Below are positions 11,714 to 24,242 of a stretch of 64,000 nt of DNA, in pieces. Below the pieces are notes generated by a model that made no database searches, was not told where the DNA came from, and saw only the letters and a list, made by a program, of their open reading frames with translations. Origin of the DNA: Vicugna vicugna (lineage: Eukaryota); assembly GCA_013265495.1 (NCBI GenBank), contig MU058449.1, positions 1 to 64,000 on the forward strand, written 5' to 3'. Every line of letters begins with the position of its first letter. Position 1 is the stretch's first letter. Position numbers and translations under genes: made by a program.

Positions 11714-12658
11714 TTAAAACTTGGATCCGACTAGCATTCTGCTAAGCTTTCGACGGATCTCTTTTGTTTTGATGGAATAGATAACAGGATTGAGCATCGG
11801 AGGCACAAAGAGATAAATAAGGGACATGAGTGTGTGCACATGGGTTGGGGCATGCTTCCCATAGCGAGCAGCCATGGACACACCAACCATGGGCACATAG
11901 AAGATGAGCACAGCACACGTGTGTGACACACACGTGTTGAGTGGCTTTACCCGTCCCTCCCAGGATGCAACACCAAGTACAGAACGCAGTATGAACATGT
12001 AGGAGAGGAGAATGAGTACAGAGTCCACGCCAAAGGTAGAGATGACAATGAAGAGACCAAAAATATTATTGATGGTGATGTCACCACAGGGAAGGCGGAT
12101 CAGATCTGGATGCAGGCAGTAGGCATGGGACAGTACATTGGTCCTGCAGAAGGGCAACCTCTTCAGAAGGAAAGGCAGTGGGAAAACCATGCAGAAACTG
12201 CGGATGATGACAGACAAGCCCATGTGTACAACACGGGCATCAGTGAGCACTGTGGCATAGCGCAGCGGGTTGCAGATGGCCACATAGCGGTCAAAGCTCA
12301 TAACCAGCAGGATCCCAGACTCCATAAAGGAGAAGAGGTGGATAAAGAACATTTGCGCCATGCAGGAATCAAAAGTGATCTTCCTTAAGTGGAAGCAAAA
12401 TGTGGCTAGCACAGTGGGCATTGTGGAAAAAGACACGCCTAGATCATTAACTGACAGCAGGGACAGGAAGTAGTACATAGGCTGATGCAAGCTCTGCTCC
12501 TCCTTGATAATGAAGAGGATGAGGGCATTGCCCACAATGGAGACAGTGTAGAGGGCAGCAAGGAGCAGGAACATCCAGTGTTGGGAGGTCTCCAGCCCTG
12601 GGAGTCCTGTCAGGGTGAAAGTTGGCAACTCTGAGCTGTTGTGAGGGTTAGCTCCCAT
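11714..12658 (-). CDS. Class I olfactory receptor, family 51 (OR51I/OR51A10-like paralogue), 314 aa, intact
   Basis: OR motifs GN, LHQPMYYFL, MSFDRYVAICNPLRY, HAYCLHPD, PPMLNPVIYS; N-glycosylation sequon NSS; acceptor tttgtctttacAG 35 nt upstream of the ATG. Confidence 0.93.
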   Translation of the reverse strand: MGANPHNSSELPTFTLTGLPGLETSQHWMFLLLAALYTVSIVGNALILFIIKEEQSLHQPMYYFLSLLSVNDLGVSFSTMPTVLATFCFHLRKITFDSCMAQMFFIHLFSFMESGILLVMSFDRYVAICNPLRYATVLTDARVVHMGLSVIIRSFCMVFPLPFLLKRLPFCRTNVLSHAYCLHPDLIRLPCGDITINNIFGLFIVISTFGVDSVLILLSYMFILRSVLGVASWEGRVKPLNTCVSHTCAVLIFYVPMVGVSMAARYGKHAPTHVHTLMSLIYLFVPPMLNPVIYSIKTKEIRRKLSRMLVGSKF

Positions 12659-13411
12659 GCTGGGACTAATGTGCAGACTGTAGGACCACTATCCTGTAAA
12701 GACAAACATCCAGTTTATTCATGACCTAGACCTGATATTTGAAGACTCTCATCTACCATCCAGCCCCTCACTTTACACCATTAATCAATTCTGTTCACCA
12801 AATCACTCATTTTTGTCTCTTTTTGTCACCATCATTTCTAGACTTGTCTGAGATTTTTCAGTTTATCCAGCTGGTTAAACAGGTCTCATTGCCTTCCTTG
12901 ACACCCTTACCTGTTTCCTCTGTGCTCTATCTCACATTCAAAGCTATGATCTTGTTATCAATCTGTGGGCATTTCTTTCTTCAAGACCTAAGACAAAATT
13001 CTCCTGATGACTGCTGCCTTGACTACTCTGCCTTCCTGAGCATTCCACTTTTTCATCAAGCCATAAACCTTTCCCCTTCCCACTCTCTTTCTACTGAACA
13101 TTTACTGCCTTATGATGACGCCCCCAGCTTTCTTATTCCTGTACAATCTTTCAGCTCTTCGATCTACTCGTCCAGACTGAAGACAGATGCACAGAAAGAT
13201 ACCCATCCCTAGTGAAAGCCTTCTAGAGATTCATCAAGATGCACTTGACTGCTGTATTTCCACTCATCTTTTCATTCTTCTATCCATTTATCTTATGGCA
13301 TTACTTTTCTTCGTGAACAACTTCATTTACTGAAAGTCTTCTCTTAATAATTTCTTTCAGATCTGAATAATACCTAGCTCCCTAAAGCCACTGGATTAAT
13401 AAGCAGTTCGC

Positions 13412-13530
13412 AAAAGGAATATATATGTGTGTGTGTGTGTATGTGTGTGTGTGTATAACTGAATCACTAAGTTGTAATCAGAAATTAACACAACACTGTA
13501 AATCAACTATACTTCACTAAAAAAGAGAAA
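13412..13530 (+). mobile_element. Short L1 3' terminus with (TG)n
   Basis: ataactgaatcact...acaacactgtaaatcaactatacttca plus A tail. Confidence 0.8.
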
Positions 13531-15158
13531 ACCAGCCCCCCCAAAATATCATTTCTCTATACCATGGAATTGCCTCTCAGTGTTCTCCATCTCTCTGAAC
13601 AATACTATCATTATGCCTAAGACTGAGACTCAAAATCCAAACATCATTTTGACTCTTTGCTTTACTATTACATTAAAAGGGGTAACAATCAATGAAAATG
13701 CTGACCCCTAAGTGCCTCTGCCAGCCTTTGTCCACTTCCTTCCACTCAGTCTCATGCTTCAGATCCAAGAAATCACATTCTTGTACCATAATATTGCCCT
13801 CCTAATAAATCTCACGTCTCTATTTCATTCTCTAATCTGGAGTAGGACTAATATTTTTAAAGGACTAATCTGAAAACGGCGCTGTTCTAATTAGAAACCT
13901 TGAATGCTCCCTTACTACCAGAGGGTCAAATCGAAGCCCGCTGGCCTAGAATTAAAAGCCCACTGTGGCCAGTACTAAATGGATATTTCTGGTCTCATTC
14001 TAAAAATTTCCAGACTTGTACCTCCAGATATCCAGATGGGTCTATTTGCTATTATCCAAGCATGAATTACAGCTCCCAGATCTCAGACTTGCCCAGAATG
14101 TGTGGGCTATATATTCAATCCATCTTTCGGGGCCCAGGATCGGTGATGCCATCCTCCATTCAAATTTGACTGGTCATTGCTAGAGGAGGTAACTTCTCTC
14201 CATGCCCCACCACTCCTACAGCTACAGGTTTACATCTTCTTTTGTGCCCCTTTCTCTGCCTGTTCTGCCTTATAGCTTTCTATCATGCAGCTCTAATAAT
14301 TCCCACAGAATCACGAATCCCATCTTCCCTCCTGACTCACCAACTCCAAGAACTCAGCTCTGACTTTTATTAATTGTTTCAGCCCCTGCTTGCCTAGCGC
14401 AAGGCTGAGCACAGGAGGTGCACTCAGTAAGTCACTGATCCCTTCCGGTTTGGGGTTCTCTTCATTGTAAATTGGAGATGCTAAGGAACTTTGCTAATGG
14501 GGTTGCGAAGATCCAAAAGTGGACAGTTGCAAAACCTCTTAAGACCAAATACTATACTACTTGGAGTTCTAAAGGCTGCTTCAAACCCCCACCTCCAGCC
14601 TCTCAGCTGCCTTTTTAACTCCATCTGCATCAGGACTCTTCTATCCTTTCTTTTCAGGATTCATTTTTTTTTCTCCATTACATATTCATAGAATCTCTGT
14701 GTTTCCCTACCTGCAGGCTCCTCCTAAACATTTTTGTTTGCCTCTGTATGCGATAAGCAGACCTACTGGAGTCTTTTAGCACTGAATAGGATCTTGACAA
14801 ATGGCTTCTAAAGCAGCCATTGTCTTTTTAAATATCCCGTCTCCTACCAGATTAACTCTGAAAAATGCACACAAAGGTATCTACATCTAAAGTGTAGCCT
14901 GAAGGGGTTTCCATGCTGAGAAAGTAATGCCTGAAGCAAAGACATGGCAGGATTTCAGAGAACAAGAGCAACAAATAGAAAATAAAGAATCGGGTAAGTT
15001 TTAAAGGTGAAAATAAGCAGAAAAAAACCCCAAAAAACTGACCCCAATTAGGGACAGTCTTTCCTTCTTCAGATTGTCACATTATAACACTCAGGATTTC
15101 TCAGCTGGGTCAGAGTGCTTTAGAGCCTGAGTCTGGAGTGTCTGACCCTCCAACTTAC

Positions 15159-15330
15159 CTACCGGAGAGAGCTCTATGCACGGAAGGAAGGGCAGCAGTC
15201 GGGGCCCTGCATGCCCTGCCCATAGCCCCCCATTACCTCTGCCAACTCTGGCCTGAGCAATATAAGGCTGCATCCAGGGAGTCCCTTGAGCTTGCGTCAG
15301 CTCAGGAGCTCATGGGCCGCTGGGAATAAG
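15159..15330 (-). promoter_or_regulatory. Candidate promoter and non-coding exon 1 of the OR at 11714-12658
   Basis: Minus strand: O/E-like ctcaaggga and tccctgga, TATA-like ccttatatt, donor AG|GTAAGT (intron starts 15158); homologous to 18150-18300. Confidence 0.55.
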
Positions 15331-16653
15331 GGCATCTACTGTGCCCCGCCCCTCTCTGACTTGGTGTTTCCTTGCTCATAGGGGTATGCAGGAGTAGAAA
15401 TAATCAGAACGGGAAGGGGTCTGCAAGAACATTGTATATAGCCCCTCGTTTTGTAGGAAGGTCTTAGAGCCTAGGAAGGAGAAGAGACATCTCAATTTTA
15501 TAGCTTGTTAAAGATCAGCGGAGAATGTAATAGAAGCATTTATTTAGGTTAGGAGGTTAGGGGAATCCTCCGTGGGGCAATTCAAGCTAGCAGATACTGG
15601 ATAAGGATCCAGCCAAATGAAGGGAAGGGGAGTAAGGAGAAACTTCCAAGACTTGGGGAGCAGCACTTGTGAAGGCCACATGGGAGGGGTCAACTTTGCA
15701 TATTCACGGAACTGAAAAATCTTTGTGGTTGCAACAGAAAGAACAAATGGCTCAAGATAAAGTTAGAAAAAAAGGAAGTTGTCTTATTACTCAGGGTCCT
15801 CTGGGCCATGTGAAAGTTGGATTTGATTATATTGGAAATGGAAATAATACGATGAAATTTTACTTAAAATATTTCTGTAATTTGGAAAGTAAATAGGAAA
15901 CGGGCTGAATAATGTAGGGAGATCAGTAAGGACACTAGCGTAATGATCTAAGGTTGACATATTGATATTCTGATTAGAGAGTCACTGGGAATGGGAAGAA
16001 GTCGATTAAACAGATGTTTAGGAGGTAACACTGAAAGGACATAATTATTTCTGCAAGTAGAGTTCACTCCGACACTTATTTGTTGAGCTCTCGTCTCTCT
16101 TCCCCTGAACATCTCTAATTTATCCTTCAAGACCCAATCTAAACTACTCTTCCTGATGTTTCCTATTTATAGCTGTCCAAATGTCTTTCCTGAGGCAGAC
16201 TGACACAGGAAATGACTTGTTTAGTCTCTTGTCCTGATCCCTGTGAGAGCAGAGAGGAGGCCTATCCTCTTCATTCTTCTACCTCAGACTCCCTTCTGTG
16301 TGGTTCTCTCTCAGGGATGAACTCCCACAAACCAAGACAATGACATACGTGCACAATGTTATTAATTAACAATGAGAAATAGAATTATTACATGGGCAAA
16401 AATTTTCTTCCCAACTTGAATAGCACATCCTACCTACCTGGTAAGAGACAACCATAGTTACATATGAGGTGAATAAAGAGAAAGAGGTAAAGGGCATAAT
16501 CATAAAATTCAAAACTTTATGTCTTAAATTCTGATGGACAAGCATCTTTCCCCAAAACCCTAAAACATTAACCCTGTAGTCTCCGGTGCTTAGTGGGCCA
16601 GTCATGTCTTCTTATAACTGCTTGATGGATGCTGTCCTTCAAGTCTCTTTTTT

Positions 16654-17184
16654 CTTTGCTCTAATCTCCTCTTCCAAAGGGTGGCTGTGCTTGTGTGCAT
16701 GCATGCATGTGTAGTATATGTTTATAATTATGATTTATCATCCAGATTGGAATCTTGGTTTCTCTAATAACTTTGGCAATGATCTTGGCAAGTGTCTTAA
16801 ACTCCCTGAATCTCAGATATCTCATTTGTAAAAAGAAGACAGTAAATATCGCTGATAAGGATTCTGTGAACATTAAATAAGACTTTGGTGTTCCTCTATA
16901 GAAATTTAAAAACAATTAAAAAATGAAACCCTAAAATAAATGTTGTAAAGTCCAACACATTTCTAGTCTTCTCATGAAGAAGATGTTGATGTTTTGATGT
17001 TTTTAAAAAATGTTATCTAAATGTACTAAACATAGGTTTTTTGTGTGTTTCTCTGTGGCTTTAATTCTGTATGTTCGGTCTGCCTACTGAAAACTCCAGT
17101 GCTGATTTGAGGCATTATAAAATGTATTCATCAGGTTTTCTCTGATGATTAAATAAGTTAATCTATATCAAAAAACCTAGCATG
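16654..17184 (-). repeat. Second inverted-duplication block, right copy
   Basis: Partner of 7315-7852. Confidence 0.92.
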
Positions 17185-17734
17185 GTCACAGACACTTTGC
17201 AGGTGCTCAACAAAAATCAGCGTCACTTCTCTCCCATCCAAATCCCTGGTAAGAAGAGATGGCGCTGACAGCGGAGATAGACCTTGGGGTGTGAATCAGG
17301 AATAATTATGCGCAAGTCTTGACTTTGTTAGCAACTTCATGGTGGATGTCAGCAAGCCTCTTACGCCTTAAAGTCTTAATTTCCTCATTCCACAATTTGG
17401 GTGTGATACAAGATGGTCCAGAGACTCTCTTAATTTTAAGACCTTTGAATTAGTATCTTGGGACTCAGCCTGCCCACACAGCCCTCAGGATTCCCAGAGC
17501 CAATTGGCTATCCCATCTTCTCAAATTATTTCCTGACAAATGGAAAACTGGCAAGTCATTGGAGTTCTGGTTCATGATGGCTTACCATGTAGTATTGAGT
17601 TTCATGGTCAACTGGATCATTATGGGCATTTGTGCTCCAATTTTACAAATGAGGGATTTGGAATTTGAGCAAACTAAGTAATTTTCTTAAGGACACTGAG
17701 ACAGGGAAGGTGATGGTTTTGAACCCAGATCTGG

Positions 17735-17843
17735 GCAAAGGGTGACAAACTATCCCAGTTTGCAGCTACAGAGGGTTTGTCCCCTGTGCAGGCCCTTCAG
17801 TGCTAAACTAGCACAGTTCCAGGCAGACCAAGATAGTCACCTA
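17735..17843. mobile_element. Small hAT-Blackjack MITE (MER81/MER94-like)
   Basis: Terminal inverted repeats agggtgac ... gtcaccta. Confidence 0.5.
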
Positions 17844-18149
17844 CTTGCTGACTATAATTATTTAAGCTCTTAGTGGTTATGTTGTTTTGTTTCTTGAAAT
17901 CTCTTTGGGTTGTGACATAATTCATAGAAAGATCTCTAACTTGGCAATCAGGTCTGGGATTCAGTATAGTTGTTTTCTGACTAATTGAATGGATTCTCTT
18001 AGTTCCTCTTCTATATAATGATGCACAACACAGTTATAACTCAAATCTCTGAAGCGTGTAAGGGGGAGAAGTGAAAGGACACAGAGGAGCCGTCCACTCA
18101 AGAGTTTTCACATTCCCTGCTGCCCCAGCCACCTTGCTAAGTCCTGAAA

Positions 18150-18292
18150 CTTACTGGGCCCAGGGGATCCTTAAGATGAAGCTTTATAGCTCAAAGGAAG
18201 AGGCTGGCTGGGAGGTTGTGTGCAGAGTCCTCCATGTTTCTCCCTAAGAGACCCTTCACCTCTCCTCTCATCACTAGAGCTGCCCTGGGGAG
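18150..18292 (+). promoter_or_regulatory. Candidate promoter and non-coding exon 1 of the OR at 20835-21779
   Basis: O/E-like cccagggga, TATA-like ctttatag, donor AG|GTAAGT at 18292/18293. Confidence 0.55.
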
Positions 18293-20009
18293 GTAAGTTG
18301 GGGCTTCAGCTCTCCCTTCACAGAGGTCTATAGGAATCACATTTATAGCTTCAAAATCCTAAAGTGATTTAAGGTACACTTATCTGTCTGTGATCTAAGT
18401 TTAGAGATTTTCTCTTCATTCCACTTCTGCCCTCAGACCAATATTCCTCATCTGTAGCCCTCAGCGCCTGAGATCCCCCAGTTGTTGTTTGGTGCAGTTG
18501 CTTCTGTGTGTTTAACTTGTACTCTAGTATTCTCACTGCAGGGTGGATACACAGCCAAGATAAAAGGAGAGCTTTTGTTCGGGAAACTGAGAGTGGTAAC
18601 GCAGAGGACCAGGGAACCTCAGCCCCTAAATGTTCCTCTTCATCAGTTACCATTTATTTAGTACATATCTTGCACAAGAGTCCTGAATATGAATTTTAAA
18701 TGTTTTACTCTGTACTTTGCTATACAATAGCTGTAAAAATAAAGTATAAAGAAGTAAATTAAATTCATAGCTGGCAGGTGCTAAAGCTTAGATAAAAACA
18801 GTAATTAGATTTTAGGAGAATTATTTACATTACCTGAATTTATTTTACACTTCAAAATGTGGGTCATAATACATTCTCCCTAAGATAGTTTATTTATCCA
18901 TTTAATCAATAAGAATGAGAAGCAGTAATCTCTGAATCCTAATCCTAATCTACGCCCAGAGACTTGGCTAAGCATTGAGGATAAAATAAGAAGAAAAAGA
19001 TGATTATGGGATCCTGTAATTCACTGGGGGAGAAAGATACTAATCAAATGATCAAACAGATATAAAATAATTAACTGTGATTCTAAAGTATGATAAGATT
19101 CATGAAGTATGTGTGAGGATGCATAACAGAGACATACAACCACGTGCAGAGAAGTAACCGATGATTGGAATCACTGGAAGATTATGTGTTCCAAGGTAGT
19201 GCATATGCTGCTGCATGCCATAGTAAAACTGTTCGAATTTTTACTTGAATTCTTATTTTAAAAGAGAAAGGAAACCACTGAAAGGTTTTCCATAGGAGTG
19301 TAATATCATTTTATTTATATTATTAACAAATGATTTGGCTGCTTCATGAAGAATGGATTAGAGAGAGGCATGACACTGAGCTGGGTGAGCAGCAAGAGAG
19401 GTTCTGCAGACATCCTGGGGAAAGATGCTGAGGGATAGAGTAGTGAGATAGATGGGACTGATGGATTAGCTGGAAGTGAGACAGAGAGGAGAACCGGTGT
19501 TAAGCATATTTTGGAAAGCCAGTAATAGGTTAATTAGACCTGAGAGTGGAAGAGTGTAGAGATTCCTCCTAAGTTTTTCTGGCTTAAGTGCATGGATAAA
19601 TGCTGATGGATTTTCATGAGATAAGTAATATTGCAGAGGATCAAGTATGATGATTAACAGAAGTTCAACTTTGCATGTTGTGTTTGAGATGCTGATGAGC
19701 TATTCTAATTGACAGCCCAATAAGGAGTCAGGTGGGTTGACTCTATAGCCACTGAAGAGAAATCTGAGCTAGTGACATAAATTTGGGATAACTGATGTAC
19801 AGAGGAGAGGTAAGAACATTATGAGTGGAAAATAATCTTGAAGATACTGGTTATGAAAGAGAGCAGAGGAATGAGTGATTACTAGAAGAATATGTGGGAC
19901 AATAAGAGGGTTTTTTTTGTTGTTATTTGTCTTCTTTGAAATTGATCCTCAATAAGGAAAAAATTGGTGTAGGTACAACATACAAAACTGATAAGAGTGA
20001 TCTAAATCC

Positions 20010-20190
20010 CTCACTCTCAAACTTCGCTGCCTATTGAAATTGTCTCGGAAGTTTCTTTAAAAAAAATATTGATTTTTGACTCCCACTGCTAGAGATTCTG
20101 ATTTATGGTATGAGTGTGGTCCAGGAAAAGGAGATTTTATTTTAAAGATCTTCACGTGAATCGAACATACAGCACAGTTTAAGAATACTT
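20010..20190. mobile_element. MER5-like hAT-Charlie MITE
   Basis: ctctcaaactt ... agagattctgattta ... agtttaagaatact, imperfect palindromic ends. Confidence 0.6.
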
Positions 20191-20834
20191 AATCTAAACA
20201 GAGGGAAAAATAAGAACATTCAAGAGAGAAAAACCAAGAGCAATCAAGAGTGGAGGAGCATGAGAGTCTGGACACTTGGTGAATAAGTGAGGAACTCAAG
20301 CAACAAAGAGAGGATAAAGAGCTGGAGTGATGCTCAGCTGCAGGCAAGAGAGGGGACACAGCCCAGAGTACAGACAGAAGTGTCATCACCTGCACACACG
20401 GGAATGCATTAGTAAGTGAAGAGGTGAAGGAAAGACCTTGTGGAGGTCATATCGTACCTCACTTCTTGAAGAAGATGATGGCTAGAATTGGTAGATAGAA
20501 AGGGCAAATCATTTTCTGATATTGGAGACAAATTTGAGTAATTTTGCCAAGAATACTGAGACAGGAAAAATAAGATATCTTGTCCAAAACAAGAGTCAAA
20601 GGATTTTGTGGGGAAGGGATTGGAACCTACACCCCATCTGCAGATATGATGAGACTGCAGAAGGCCTGAGATCTAACTGATGATCCCCCAGCCTTCTCCT
20701 TCCTAATCTTTCATGATCTTTGGTATGAAATGTAAGTAATATGTCCCTTCCATCCTGGACAGTGACCAATCCTTTCACTGTCTGACCTCATTTTACTCTG
20801 GTTGTATTTCCCCAAAAGCTACTCAGGGACCCTC

Positions 20835-21779
20835 ATGGGAAATTTTGGAACCAACATCACGAGCACTACCAGCTTCACACTAACAGGCTTCCCAGAGGTG
20901 GAGGGACTGGAGCACTGGTTAGCTGCCTTCCTCTTGCTGCTTTATGCTATCTCCATCCTGGGCAACATCCTCATTCTCTTCATCATAAAGGAGGAGCAGA
21001 GTTTGCACCAGCCAATGTACTACTTCCTGTCTCTGCTGTCTGTCAATGACCTGGGTGTGTCCTTTTCTACGTTGCCTACGATACTGGCTACTTTGTGCTT
21101 TCATGTACCAGAGACTGCCTTTGATGCCTGCCTGACCCAGATGTTCTTCATCCACTTTTTCTCCTGGACAGAGTCTGGGATCTTGCTGGCCATGAGTGTT
21201 GACCGCTATGTGGCCATCTGTAACCCCCTGCATTATTCTACAGTGCTCACTGACACCCGTGTGGCTCACATGGGCATATCCATCATCATCCGCAGCTTCT
21301 GCATGGTCTTCCCATTGCCTTTCCTTCTGAAGAGGCTGCCCTTCTGTAAAGACAACATGCTGACCCATTCCTACTGCTTGCACCCAGACCTGATCCGCCT
21401 GCCCTGTGGAGATACCACCATCAACAGCACGTATGGCCTGTTCATTGTCATCTCTGCTTTTGGGGTAGACTCAGTGCTCATCCTCCTCTCCTATGCACTC
21501 ATACTGCACTCTGTGCTGGCCATTGCCTCCCAGGAGGAGAGGCTGAAGACACTCAACACATGTGTGTCACACATCTGTGCTGTACTCATTTTCTATGTGC
21601 CCATGGTTAGTGTGTCCATGGTCCATCGATTCGGGAAGCATGCCCCTGAGTATGTGCACAAGTTCATGTCCCTGGTATATCTCTTTGTGCCTCCAATGCT
21701 CAACCCAATTATCTATTCCATCAAGACTAAGGAGATTCGTAAGAAGCTACACAAGATATTATTGGGGACTAGGTACTGA
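20835..21779 (+). CDS. Class I olfactory receptor, family 51, paralogue of 11714-12658, 314 aa, intact
   Basis: First ATG at 20835 (MGNFGTNIT); the ORF-track start 20802 is TTG. Motifs LHQPMYYFL, MSVDRYVAICNPLHY, KTLNTCVSH, PPMLNPIIYS. Confidence 0.93.
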   Translation: MGNFGTNITSTTSFTLTGFPEVEGLEHWLAAFLLLLYAISILGNILILFIIKEEQSLHQPMYYFLSLLSVNDLGVSFSTLPTILATLCFHVPETAFDACLTQMFFIHFFSWTESGILLAMSVDRYVAICNPLHYSTVLTDTRVAHMGISIIIRSFCMVFPLPFLLKRLPFCKDNMLTHSYCLHPDLIRLPCGDTTINSTYGLFIVISAFGVDSVLILLSYALILHSVLAIASQEERLKTLNTCVSHICAVLIFYVPMVSVSMVHRFGKHAPEYVHKFMSLVYLFVPPMLNPIIYSIKTKEIRKKLHKILLGTRY

Positions 21780-23337
21780 TCAGAAAGAGAACTTCTAGAA
21801 ATCCAGGTTTCTAAGAGTTTGTTGTTATTGCCAATGTTTGGGTTTACAGGCTAGTCTGTTGGATGGTGTCAGTCTCCTATACGTGGACCTAGAGTTAGCT
21901 ATATGGTGTAGCCTGGCTATAATCCATAACTTAAAACATCAGGCTGCCCTACTTTGTACTTAACTGAACCACAGGTTTCCATCAATGATTTCTCTCAGAC
22001 GCAATAAGGATGAGTCTTCAACCAGACTCTTTTATTTGTTCTAATATACTAGTGTCATCTATACTTTTAAGTAAAGCTCAAAAACAGACAAAAACTGATG
22101 CATACATATAAACCATGTTATAACTGGGGGTTATGTTACTTGAGGTCATAGGTACCACCCAATACTTTTATTATTCTGAGACCTATAAAATGGCACATAT
22201 GTGCTTGCCATACTGACGTTGCAGCATCAGCCTGGATTCAGAACTTTAAAAGCAGGAGAAAAGTTTTGTGGAAAACAATCATTTGTTGCCATGTCTCACG
22301 CATGATGAGGGGAAGGCTCACCTTTCTTCTAGGGAGCTAGTAACCACCATAATGGGAAGGAAACCATAAACAAAACAAAAAGACAACCTATGGACTGAGA
22401 GAAAATATTGTGCAAATCAACTCTAGGACCATAACAGGGAGCCAGACATCTTCTAGAAAGAGACTTAGCTCTGACTCACAAGAGTGGCCTCAAAGAAAAA
22501 GTGCTACTTTGAGCTGTTCCCATAGCAAAAGAGGAGGCCTTAGAGCCAGTGAAGCTGGAAAGCTACTCTGTTATCCCTTCTCAGTCCAAAGAATCCTCCT
22601 TCCAGTTATTCTGGAAAACCATCCTTCTTTATATATGGATATAGCTAACTCAGTACACAGTTTTGAGCAAACAAATGAAAGAAAAAAGAAATCAAGAACT
22701 AAGATTAACCCACAGCCCTGGGATTCCCATGTTTACAATGGAGAGTTTCCTTTAAAAAAAATTTTTTTTAATTATATCCTAATGCTTCAGTATCCAGACC
22801 TGAATATTAAAAACCACACTGTTGAGTGTGTGTTCAGTAGTTTTTAGGTTTCCTTCTAAGAAACACTTCCTCATCTCAACTAAAGAACTGAGGAATCACA
22901 GAAGAAGGCATGAGGATGGGAAGAGTGAGTACCACGTAACAGGGAATGTATTTCTCTCAGCCTTTTGTGCAGTGACCCCTTCTTCACTGACTGAACACAC
23001 GTGCGTGGAGTGACTACTCCAGGTCTAGCTCTGGGTTAAGCAGAGGGGATGTGGAGGTGGGTTGGGCCTGATTCTTGATAGCAAAGAACTTGTGACACTA
23101 GAAGGTGCTTTATTGCCTGTGTCTCAGCGGTTGAATACTCATGTGCAGAGTTAAGTTCTTAACAAAGAAGGGATCTCAACACATTTCTTTCTTTGTTACA
23201 GAAGGACTCACCTTCCAGCTCTTGGTTGGAAGAGGACCACTGGGATACGTGCATAGACACACAACCTATTTTTAGTGACTAGAGATTAGAGAGAAATTTG
23301 TTGAGGAGGCAGAAAATTTAAAGCTTTCCTTTTCTTG

Positions 23338-23505
23338 TTTTTTTTTTTTAACATCATGTGACTTTTTTTAATTTTTATTTTTGGCTGGGGGGTAATTAAG
23401 TTTACTTATTTATTTGTTTATTTTTTAATGGAGGTACTAGGGATTGAACCCAGGACCTCTTGAAAGCTAAGCATGCCCTCTACCAGTAGGGCTGCAACCT
23501 CTCCC
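23338..23505 (-). mobile_element. Vic-1-like SINE, paralogous copy of 5901-6065
   Basis: Same position in the opposite arm; ~18-bp TSD aagaaaataaaagcttta / aagaaaaggaaagcttta on the minus strand. Confidence 0.85.
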
Positions 23506-23586
23506 TAAAGCTTTTATTTTCTTCATAGAGAAAAAAAATCCATTATATATATGTATGTATGTATTCATGTAGGTATATGTAATATG

Positions 23587-24242
23587 TGTTGGGAAACAAG
23601 CTGCTGGAAAACAAGCCACACCTAAATTTCCATGAGCTTAAAATATTATACTCACACTTGCTTGCTTAATATGCACATGCTTGCTTTGTTTTAATGTTTA
23701 CGCAGTAGATGACCTATAGCACATATTATGCTAAAGAAAATTTCAGGTGAGCTATCCTGAGATTGACTATAAGCGCATGAAAGAAAGCAGATGTTTCCTT
23801 AGGGTAAAACAATGGACGGTCCTGAAAGGCCAGATCATCCATTAACAGAACTTTGTTCTGGCATGAAAGCATGCAGTTAAGCCCAGGGGAAATATTTGCT
23901 ATCTCAAGATGTCCCGGAGGCAACAACAGGATAGATTTAGAACTTTTGCATACCCCAAGAAGGGTGATTGTTCCTGGAAGGGATGGGCCTGAAATTAATC
24001 AGTTAAACAGCAAGCAGAACTTGGTGCTTATCGGTGGGATATCTAAAGCCCCACCTCTTTGATCGCATTTTTTCTGAGCTGTTTACTCCTGATAAATATG
24101 ATGTTGACCAGGCATTTGGGGACTCTCAATCCACAAGATTTTGAGTCCCCTGGTCCCACCTTGCTCTTTACTTTGTCTCTCTGTTTCTTAAGTCTTGCAT
24201 CGCCATCCTCAGACATGGTCCTGAGCTGCGCTGGATGCAACA
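23587..24242 (+). mobile_element. Solo ERV LTR (class I-type 4-bp TSD), right arm only
   Basis: Ends TGTTG...CAACA; TSD tatg at 23583-23586 and 24243-24246; TATA-like gataaata ~24091; absent from the left arm near 5830. Confidence 0.88.

Noticed and set aside
22985..23015. tgaacacacgtgcgtg resembling the LNTCVSH codons of an OR pseudogene
   Set aside because: Flanks give no other OR motif that I could find
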